DNA of 64,000 nt, from contig CAVUWA010000010.1 of NCBI GenBank assembly GCA_963744995.1, positions 512,001 to 576,000 of the forward strand, read 5' to 3'. The notes under the pieces are model-generated. The model was given only the letters and a program-made list of their open reading frames with translations. It was not told the DNA's origin and made no database searches. This DNA is from Candidatus Eiseniibacteriota bacterium. GTDB taxonomy: Bacteria > Eisenbacteria > RBG-16-71-46. A program made the translations under genes and the position numbers. This document shows positions 46,555 through 54,119 of this stretch, piece by piece. Within the stretch, counting starts at the first letter, position 1. Each line of letters opens with the position of its first letter.

Positions 46555-47222
46555 GCGCCGTCGTCCCGATTCCCGGCCGGGAGCCGAGCGCGCGCTTTCT
46601 GATCCTGCGCGGGATCTTCTCCGAGAATCCGGTGTTCCGCCTGGCGCTCAGCCTGTGCCCGGCGGTCGCCGTCACCAACGCGATCGCGAACGGCATCGCG
46701 CTGGGCATCGCCGTGCTGTTCGTCCAGGTGCTGTCGAGCGTCACGGTGACGCTGGTCAAGGGCTTCATCCACCCGCGCGTGCGGATTCCGGTGTACACGA
46801 TCATCATCGCGGTCTGGGTGAGCGTGATCGACATGGTGCTCGCCGCGTTCGCGCCGACCGTGTACGCCCAGGTCGGGCTGTACGTGAAGCTGATCGTCGC
46901 GTTCGCGATCATCATTTCGCGGCTCGAGGTGTTCGCGTCGCGACACCCGATCCTGCCGACGTTCTGGGACGGCTTCGGCATGGGACTCGGCTTCCTGTTC
47001 GCACTGGTCACGATCAGCGCGCTGCGCGAACTGCTCGGCAGCGGCTCGCTGCTCGGCCACGTGATCGTGACGAAGAAGCCGCTGCTGTTCTTCGCGCTGC
47101 CGGCGGGCGGATTCTTCACGATCGCCCTGCTGATGGCGCTGTTCAACTACGTCGAGCGGCGCTGGTTCGGGGGCGCTTCGGACACGGCGTCGAGTGGAGG
47201 CAGTCATGGCCATGCGGCATGA
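46551..47222 (+). CDS. rnfE: Rnf complex subunit E
   Basis: ENPVFRLALSLCPAVAVT, VRIP, DGFGMGLGF, RELLGSG, LPAGGF. Confidence 0.93.
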   Translation: MSAVVPIPGREPSARFLILRGIFSENPVFRLALSLCPAVAVTNAIANGIALGIAVLFVQVLSSVTVTLVKGFIHPRVRIPVYTIIIAVWVSVIDMVLAAFAPTVYAQVGLYVKLIVAFAIIISRLEVFASRHPILPTFWDGFGMGLGFLFALVTISALRELLGSGSLLGHVIVTKKPLLFFALPAGGFFTIALLMALFNYVERRWFGGASDTASSGGSHGHAA

Positions 47223-48138
47223 CGCCGTGCGGCTCGCGGCCGCTTCGCTGTGCGTGCTCCTCGGCGCGGCCCTGCCCGTCTCTGCGCACGCCGACGGGGC
47301 GCTCCGGCGCGCGCGGGTGCTGGCGCCGGATCACGTGCGGGTCGAGCTCGCCGAACCGGTGGCGGATCTCTCGCCTGCGAACTTCCGCTTCAGCGAGGCG
47401 CATGCGCCGGACGTGCCGATGAAGGTGCTGGAAGTGGCCCCGCAGGGCGAGCGGCGCGTGCTGCTCACCGTGGACGGCCGGCTCGAACCGGCCGGGTCGT
47501 ACGTGCTCGAGCTGCGCGAGCCGGCGTCGCGGCTGCCGGTGCATCCCGCGCCGTGGGCGCTGGTGCTGACCGTGGTGATGTCGGCGGCGCTGATCAACAA
47601 CTTCGTCTTTACCCGCTACCTAGGCCTGTGCGTGTTCTTCGGCGTGTCGAGGAAGCGCGACACCGCGATCGGCATGGGCTTCACGTTCGGGATGGTGATG
47701 GTGCTCTCGGGCATGCTGTCGTGGCTGCTGTTCACCTGGGTGATGGCGCCGCTGGGGCTCAAGTTCCTCCAGGTCCTGGTGTTCATCGGCGTGGTCGCGT
47801 TCCTGGTGCAGCTGCTCGACACGATTCTCAAGAAGACGCACCGCGCGCTGCACCAGCGCTTCGGCATCTACCTGATGCTGATCACCACCAACTGCATCAT
47901 TCTGGCCGTGCCGCTGCTGAACGCCTCGGCGAACGCGACGGCCATGGATGCGTTCGCCCTGTCGCTCGGCTCGGGGATCGGCTTCGCGATCGCCCTGTTC
48001 CTGATGTCGTGCGCGCGCGAGCGCGTCGAGCTGGCGCGCGTGCCGCCGAGTTTCCAGGGGCTGCCGATCGCCTTTGCGCTCACCGGCCTGTTCGCGCTGG
48101 CCTTCATGGGCTTCTCGGGCCTGACCTTCTTCCGTTAG
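47206..48138 (+). CDS. rnfA: Rnf complex subunit A with N-terminal exported domain
   Basis: Core NNFVFTRYLGLC, GIYLMLITTNC, RER..VP..QGLPI, AFMGFSG, preceded by ~115 aa (signal peptide + beta-rich domain); GGAGG 5 nt before ATG 47206. Confidence 0.9.
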   Translation: MAMRHDAVRLAAASLCVLLGAALPVSAHADGALRRARVLAPDHVRVELAEPVADLSPANFRFSEAHAPDVPMKVLEVAPQGERRVLLTVDGRLEPAGSYVLELREPASRLPVHPAPWALVLTVVMSAALINNFVFTRYLGLCVFFGVSRKRDTAIGMGFTFGMVMVLSGMLSWLLFTWVMAPLGLKFLQVLVFIGVVAFLVQLLDTILKKTHRALHQRFGIYLMLITTNCIILAVPLLNASANATAMDAFALSLGSGIGFAIALFLMSCARERVELARVPPSFQGLPIAFALTGLFALAFMGFSGLTFFR

Positions 48139-48146
48139 GAGCGACC

Positions 48147-49013
48147 GTGAATCACGAGTACCTCCGCATCGCACTCTGGGGCCTGGCGGTCTTCACCGTC
48201 CTCGGGGTCGCGTTCGGATTCGCCCTCGCGGCGGCGGCCATGCGCTTCCAGGTGGCGACCAACCCGCTGGTGGACCAGGTGCGCGACGCGTTGCCGTCCG
48301 CCAACTGCGGCGCATGCGGGTTCGCCGGCTGCCAGGCCTACGCCGAGGCCGTGGTCGAGAAGCAGGATGTCGAGCCCAACCTGTGCACGCCCGGGCGCGG
48401 GCCCGTCGCGCAGCGGCTGGCGAGTCTCACCGGCAAGGAGATGGGCGCGGTGCAGGACCGGCTCGTGGTGATGCGCTGCCACGGCACCAGCGCCTACGCG
48501 CGCAACGAAGCGGAGTACGCGGGCGTCGAGACCTGCGCCGCGGCGTCGCTGGTGTTCGGCGGGCCGAAGGCGTGCAAGAACGGCTGCCTCGGCCTCGGCG
48601 ACTGCGTGCGCGCGTGTCCGTTCGACGCGCTGAGTCTCGGCCCCGAAGGCATTACGGTCGTGGACGCGGAGAAGTGCACCGGCTGCGGCATCTGCATTCC
48701 CGTGTGCCCCAAGGACCTGTTCCAGCTCTACCCGCGCAATCGCCGCATCGAGCTGGCGTGCGTGGCGCGTGACAAGGGGTCGGTGGTGCGCTCCACGTGC
48801 ATGGTCGGCTGTATCCTGTGCCGGAAGTGCGTGGCCAAGTGCCCGGCCGACGCGATCGCGTTCGACGGAACGACGATCGTCATCGATCATGAGAAATGTC
48901 TGGCCTACGGGCCGTCCTGTAACGAAGTGTGCGTGGACGTCTGTCCGAGCACCATTCTTCATCGCGTGGGGCAGCGTCCGCGCCCCGAAGTTCGAGAGGT
49001 GGTTTCAGCGTGA
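48147..49013 (+). CDS. rnfB: Rnf complex subunit B (polyferredoxin type)
   Basis: TM, LPSANCGACGFAGC, CLGLGDCVRACP, CTGCGICIPVCP, CILCRKCVAKCP, CNEVCVDVCP. Confidence 0.93.
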   Translation: MNHEYLRIALWGLAVFTVLGVAFGFALAAAAMRFQVATNPLVDQVRDALPSANCGACGFAGCQAYAEAVVEKQDVEPNLCTPGRGPVAQRLASLTGKEMGAVQDRLVVMRCHGTSAYARNEAEYAGVETCAAASLVFGGPKACKNGCLGLGDCVRACPFDALSLGPEGITVVDAEKCTGCGICIPVCPKDLFQLYPRNRRIELACVARDKGSVVRSTCMVGCILCRKCVAKCPADAIAFDGTTIVIDHEKCLAYGPSCNEVCVDVCPSTILHRVGQRPRPEVREVVSA

Positions 49014-50776
49014 CGACATCATCCAGTTCCCAGGGCCGCGGCGTCGCGGCCCCCATCGCGCCCGTTCAGGACGCGCTGGCCCTCGCCCTCGTCGGCAGTG
49101 GCGGCGACGGCGTGGCCCTGCTCGGTGACCTGCTGCTGCAGATGGCGGCGGCGCAGGGCCTCTACGGCGTGATGGTGCAGTCCTACGGCCCGCAGATCCG
49201 GGGCGGCGAGTCCGCGGCGGTGCTGCGCCTCGCGACGCACGAGATTCAGTACGAAGGCGACACCGCGGACGTGCTGCTCTGCTTCCGCACGAGCGATCTC
49301 GCCCGTTTCAGGGGGGCCTTCGAGCTGCATGCGGAGAGCACGCTGGTGCTCGACGCCGCCGAAGAGGGCGGGCTGCCCGACTGGCTCGGCCATGCCGGCA
49401 CCCGCGAGTTCCGCTATCCCTTCACGAAGGTCGAGAACGGCGTCGCGGTCGCGGGCCCGCCGCGCAACATGCTCGCGCTCGGCTTGCTCGCGCGCATGCT
49501 GGGCTGGCCGGTCGAGCTCGCACACGAGGCCGTGCGCGAGCGCTTCGGCCATCGTCCCGAGGTCGTCGAGCGCAACCTCGCCGCGCTCGCGCAGGGCTTC
49601 GCCACGACCGACGCGCCCGCGCTGCCGCGGCTCGCGACCCGTGCCGCCGGGCGCTGGATCGAGACCGGCAACGAAGCCATGGCCCGCGGCGCGATCGAGG
49701 CGGGCCTCCAGTTCTTCGCCGGCTATCCGATCACGCCCTCCTCCGAGATCATGGAGACCCTGATCGACGAGCTGCCGGCGGCCGGCGGCCGGCTCGTGCA
49801 GGCCGAGGACGAGATCGCGGCACTCGGCATGGTGATCGGCGCGAGCTTCGGCGGCGTGCCGGCGATGACCGCCACCAGCGGACCCGGCCTGTCGTTGATG
49901 ACCGAAATGATGGGGCTCTCCAGCATGGCCGAGTTGCCGGCGATCGTCGTCGACGCCCAGCGCGCCGGGCCTGCGACCGGCATGCCGTCACGCACCGAGC
50001 AGTCGGATCTCTATCATGCCGTGTTCGGCGGCCATGGCGACTTCCCGCGCGCCGTGCTCGGCGCGTTCGACGTCGTGCACGGACGCGAGGTGATGCACCG
50101 GGCGCTGCGCCTGTCGGAGACCTATCAGCTGCCCGTGCTCGTGCTGTCGGACGCCTACATCGCGCAGCGGCGCCAGATCCGCGACCTGCCGGGGCCGGTG
50201 GACGCCGCGCTGCGCCCGGCCCGGCGTCAGTGGGTGCCGGGGGACAGTCCGGCGCGCTTCGATCTCGACACGCTGCACGGCGTCAACCCCTTCCGAGTTC
50301 CCGGCACGAAGGACGCCATGTACCAGGCCGCCGGCATCGAACACACCGCGGCAGGCGACCCGACTTCGGATACCGAGTTGCATCAGGAGATGAACCGCAA
50401 ACGCTTCAAGAAGCTCGACGCGATCGCGGAAGAGACCGCCGGCTGGGTGCGCGTGCTCGGCCGCCCCGATGCGAACAAGGGCCTCGTCGCCTGGGGCAGC
50501 CAGTACGGCATGCTGCGCGAGTGGGTCGAGAAACACCCCGAGTATCGGGTGTTCATGCCGGAGATCATTCACCCGTTCCCGCTCGCGGCGTTCGAGACAT
50601 GGCGTGAAGGGCTCGCCACGTGCGCCGTAGTCGAGCTGAGCTACCAGGGACAGTTCTACCGCTACCTGTCCGGACTGACCGACATGCGCGGTGTGAAGAG
50701 CGTGGCGCGCAGCGGCGGCGCACCGCTCAAGCTGAGCGAGCTGCAGACCCTGCTCGCCGAGGAGGCATCGCGATGA
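49010..50776 (+). CDS. korA: 2-oxoacid:ferredoxin oxidoreductase alpha subunit (KorA-type)
   Basis: GSGGDG, YGPQIRGGES, GYPITPSSE, QAEDEIAA, ATSGPGLSLM, QRAGPATGMP; GTGA overlap with rnfB. Confidence 0.88.
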   Translation: MTTSSSSQGRGVAAPIAPVQDALALALVGSGGDGVALLGDLLLQMAAAQGLYGVMVQSYGPQIRGGESAAVLRLATHEIQYEGDTADVLLCFRTSDLARFRGAFELHAESTLVLDAAEEGGLPDWLGHAGTREFRYPFTKVENGVAVAGPPRNMLALGLLARMLGWPVELAHEAVRERFGHRPEVVERNLAALAQGFATTDAPALPRLATRAAGRWIETGNEAMARGAIEAGLQFFAGYPITPSSEIMETLIDELPAAGGRLVQAEDEIAALGMVIGASFGGVPAMTATSGPGLSLMTEMMGLSSMAELPAIVVDAQRAGPATGMPSRTEQSDLYHAVFGGHGDFPRAVLGAFDVVHGREVMHRALRLSETYQLPVLVLSDAYIAQRRQIRDLPGPVDAALRPARRQWVPGDSPARFDLDTLHGVNPFRVPGTKDAMYQAAGIEHTAAGDPTSDTELHQEMNRKRFKKLDAIAEETAGWVRVLGRPDANKGLVAWGSQYGMLREWVEKHPEYRVFMPEIIHPFPLAAFETWREGLATCAVVELSYQGQFYRYLSGLTDMRGVKSVARSGGAPLKLSELQTLLAEEASR

Positions 50777-51570
50777 CCACCGCCAAGGACTACCGTTCGG
50801 ACCTCAAGCCGGTCTGGTGCTCGGGCTGCGGCGACTACGGCGTGCTGAAGGGGCTCACCCAGGCGCTCGCCGACCTCGACATCGCGCCCGAGAAGCTGGC
50901 GGTGATCTCGGGCATCGGCTGCTCGAGCCGCCTGCCCGGCTACACCCGCTCGTACGCGTTCAACTCGATCCACGGCCGCGCGCTGCCGATCGCGACCGGC
51001 CTCAAGGTCGCGCGTCCCGACATGACCACCGTGGTCGTGGGCGGCGACGGCGACGGGTTCAGCATCGGGCTCGGTCACATTCCGCACGCGATCCGCCGCA
51101 ACGTGGACCTGATGTACGCGGTGCTCGACAACGGCATCTACGGGCTCACCAAAGGCCAGGCGTCGCCGACCACGACCGAGGACTTCAAACGCGACCGCCA
51201 GCTGGCCGGCATCGAGGAGCGGCCGGTCAATCCCGTGCTGCTGGTGCTGAGCTCCGGCTGCGGCTTCGTCGCGCGCACGCATGCCGGCAACCTGAAACAC
51301 GCCCGCGAGATGATGCGCGAGGCGATCCGCTACCCCGGCTTCGCGTTCGTGCACGTGCTCGCCGGCTGCGTGACCTACCAGAAGCCGGCCTACGCCAAGG
51401 TCGTCTACGACATGTGCGACATGCTGCCCGAGGACTACGATCCCACCGACTTCTCGGCCGCGGTCGAGGCCACACGCGGCGAGCGGTTCGCGCTCGGCGT
51501 GATCTACCGGCGGCCGGTGGCGCTGGAGGCGGCGGGAGAGACGGCGCCGGTGGCGCAGACCCAGGGCTGA
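50773..51570 (+). CDS. korB: 2-oxoacid:ferredoxin oxidoreductase beta subunit (KorB-type)
   Basis: WCSGCGDYG, SGIGCSSR, HGRALP, GGDGDG, DNGIYGLTKGQASPT, CVTY. Confidence 0.9.
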   Translation: MTTAKDYRSDLKPVWCSGCGDYGVLKGLTQALADLDIAPEKLAVISGIGCSSRLPGYTRSYAFNSIHGRALPIATGLKVARPDMTTVVVGGDGDGFSIGLGHIPHAIRRNVDLMYAVLDNGIYGLTKGQASPTTTEDFKRDRQLAGIEERPVNPVLLVLSSGCGFVARTHAGNLKHAREMMREAIRYPGFAFVHVLAGCVTYQKPAYAKVVYDMCDMLPEDYDPTDFSAAVEATRGERFALGVIYRRPVALEAAGETAPVAQTQG

Positions 51571-51765
51571 TCCAAAAGCCCGGGGCCGACCTGACAGTCC
51601 GTCTGCCAGATCGGACGAATCGGCCGCGGGCGCCGCGGGCCCCGACCGCACAACGTGCGGCTGGACCCTGCGTTACGCCTTCGATTCGAAGCTGACTTTC
51701 TGGCCCGTTTCCTGCCATCTGTCACGAGTGCTCCGCCGGCGCGACGTCTCGCGGTCGCGCACAGC

Positions 51766-51788
51766 AGCGGGCCGTTCTGATGCTGCGC
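51766..51788 (+). promoter_or_regulatory. Sigma-54-like upstream motif of the multicopper oxidase (copy 2)
   Basis: AGCGGGCCGTTCTGATGCTGCGC; GG-N10-GC spacing; 19/23 identical to 28175-28197. Confidence 0.5.
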
Positions 51789-51878
51789 ACGATCCCTCGT
51801 GCGAAAACTGGTCGCTCCCCCGAATGCGGGTGCTCCCCTGCACCCGCCCGCCCTTCACGGGCGCTGGAGGATGCCGTC

Positions 51879-54011
51879 ATGTCTCCACTACCGAGACGGC
51901 TCTGCCTGATCGTATCGCTCGCCGTCGCCTCGTTCATGTTTGCGTTGCCGGCACCCGCGCAGCCCCTGCTGGATCCGCTCACCCATCCCAAGTTCCTCGA
52001 TCCCGTTCCCGTGCCGGGGGTCATCGACGCGACGACACCGCAGCACTTCGAGATGCAGATGAACGAGACCGTGCAGTGGCTCGGACTCCGTGACGTCGGC
52101 AACGGCAACGCACCGCTGATGACCACGGTCTGGGGTTACGGCCTCGCCGGTCAGGCGGTGACCTATCCGGGTCCCACGTTCGTCGCGAAGGAGCACGTCC
52201 CGATCACGGTCACCTGGAATAACAACCTGCCGCCCTACAACAGCGGCTTCCCGGGCCTCGGCGGCCACCTGCTGCCGGTGGACCCGACACTCCACATGGC
52301 GCGCCCGGTGCTGGGCGGCATCCCGACCGTGGCGCACCTGCACGGCGGCCACACCGAATCGGCGAGCGACGGTCTCCCGGAGGCCTGGTACACGCAGGGC
52401 TTCGCGGAAACCGGCCCCCAGTTCGTGAAACAGGTCTACACGTACGACAACGACCAGGTCGCCGGGACGCTCTGGTACCACGATCACGCGCTCGGCATCA
52501 CGCGGCTGAACGTCTACGCCGGCCTCGCCGGCTTCTATCTCCTGCGGGACAACAACGAGCTGCGGCTGCTGCGGCAGAACGTCCTGCCGCAGGGTCCCTA
52601 TGAGCTGGGGCTCGCGATTCAGGACCGGATGTTCACCGCGGACGGCCAGTTGTTCTACCCGTCGACGGACCCCGACATCGAGCCGGGATTCGACCCGCTG
52701 CCGCCCGGTCCGAGCGCGATCGCCGAGTTCTTCGGCGACTTCATCCTGGTGAACGGCAAGGTGTGGCCGCATCTCGAGGTCGAGCCGCGCAAGTATCGCC
52801 TGCGCCTGCTGAACGGATCCGACTCGCGCTTCTATCTGTTCGAGTTTCGCGACGCGCTGACGGGCGGTACCGCGCGGCCGTTCCTCCAGATCGGCACCGA
52901 TGACGGTCTGTTGGAGCATCCCGTGGCGCTGGAGCGGCTCCTGCTGTCCCCGGGGGAGCGTGCCGACCTCGTGGTCGACTTCTCGGGGCTCGCCGACGGT
53001 GCGGCGGTCTACATGCGCAACTTCGGCCCCGATGAGCCCTTCAAGGGTTTCAACGAGGACGGCACCATGAGCGACGGCGCGGACGGCGCGCTGCCGCCGG
53101 CCGACCCGGCCACCACCGGGCAGATCATGAAGTTCGTCGTCCAGGTGCCCGACGCGATGCTTCCTGATGCCTCCGTCGCCATCGGCACGCGCCTGCGCCC
53201 GAACTTGTCGCCGCTCCAGCAGCACGGTGCCACGCGACAGCTCGCTCTGTTCGAGGGCCGGGACGAGTACGGCCGTCTGCAGCCGTTGCTCGGCACGCTC
53301 GCCGAAGGTTCGCTCGCCTGGTTCGAACCGATCACCGAGAACCCGATGGTGAACGACGTCGAGGTCTGGGAGGTATACAACGCCACCGAGGATGCGCACC
53401 CGATCCATCTGCACCTGGTCGCGTTCCAGATTCTGGATCGCCGGGCGTTCGAGGGCGAGGTGAGCGAGAAGCCGCAGGTGCAGCACGACGGCAGTATCGG
53501 CGTCGGCGGCACGTTGGAGGTCACGGAACTCGACGACGACGCGCGCGCCCCCGAGCCCAACGAGCGCGGCTGGAAGGACACCGCCGTCATGAATCCCCAC
53601 GAAGTCACGCGCGTGATCGCGAAGTTCGATCGCGCCGGCCGCTACGTCTGGCACTGCCACATCCTCTCGCACGAGGACCACGAGATGATGCGGCCCTACG
53701 AGGTGCTGCCGCGCGGCGGTCATGCGGAACTCGTGGAACAGCCGCCCGTTTCGGGCGGCTTCTACGTCTACGCGCGGGGAACGGACCTTCAGTTCGCGAT
53801 CGATCGCCAGGGGCCGGTGCGCATTCGCATCTTCAACGTGCTCGGCCAGCAGGTCCGCGACCTCGGCACCGCGTCCTTCCCCGCCGGCACCCACCACGTG
53901 GCCTGGGACGGCCGTGACGCCTCCGGCAGGCAGGCGCCGAGCGGCGTGTATTTCTATCGCGTCGAGGCCGGCGAGCGCGCCGCCGCGGCGAAGACGGCGA
54001 TCATCCGCTGA
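51879..54011 (+). CDS. Secreted multicopper oxidase (CotA/bilirubin oxidase-like) with C-terminal FlgD-Ig-like domain
   Basis: Signal peptide; HLHGG, WYHDH, HPIHLH, WHCHILSHEDHEMM; C-terminal IFNVLGQQVR..VAWDGRD..SGVYFYRV. Confidence 0.92.
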   Translation: MSPLPRRLCLIVSLAVASFMFALPAPAQPLLDPLTHPKFLDPVPVPGVIDATTPQHFEMQMNETVQWLGLRDVGNGNAPLMTTVWGYGLAGQAVTYPGPTFVAKEHVPITVTWNNNLPPYNSGFPGLGGHLLPVDPTLHMARPVLGGIPTVAHLHGGHTESASDGLPEAWYTQGFAETGPQFVKQVYTYDNDQVAGTLWYHDHALGITRLNVYAGLAGFYLLRDNNELRLLRQNVLPQGPYELGLAIQDRMFTADGQLFYPSTDPDIEPGFDPLPPGPSAIAEFFGDFILVNGKVWPHLEVEPRKYRLRLLNGSDSRFYLFEFRDALTGGTARPFLQIGTDDGLLEHPVALERLLLSPGERADLVVDFSGLADGAAVYMRNFGPDEPFKGFNEDGTMSDGADGALPPADPATTGQIMKFVVQVPDAMLPDASVAIGTRLRPNLSPLQQHGATRQLALFEGRDEYGRLQPLLGTLAEGSLAWFEPITENPMVNDVEVWEVYNATEDAHPIHLHLVAFQILDRRAFEGEVSEKPQVQHDGSIGVGGTLEVTELDDDARAPEPNERGWKDTAVMNPHEVTRVIAKFDRAGRYVWHCHILSHEDHEMMRPYEVLPRGGHAELVEQPPVSGGFYVYARGTDLQFAIDRQGPVRIRIFNVLGQQVRDLGTASFPAGTHHVAWDGRDASGRQAPSGVYFYRVEAGERAAAAKTAIIR

Positions 54012-54022
54012 ACCCGGGTCGT

Positions 54023-54097
54023 CCGGGAGGAGGCGCCCGCCTCCTCCCGGGCGCGGGGCGTGGAGTCACGGGGTCCGGGCAGGCGCCCGGACCCCGT
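54023..54097. terminator. Two hairpins between convergent genes
   Basis: CCGGGAGGAGGCG/CGCCTCCTCCCGG (54023-54050) and ACGGGGTCCGGGC-AGGC-GCCCGGACCCCGT (54068-54097). Confidence 0.65.
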
Positions 54098-54119
54098 TTC
54101 GCGCCCTCGCTGCCTCGCT

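Noticed and set aside
51701..51716. Second GG-N10-GC site TGGCCCGTTTCCTGCC upstream of the multicopper oxidase
   Set aside because: A plausible alternative sigma-54 site, but not shared with the cytochrome region and not distinguishable from chance without TSS data.
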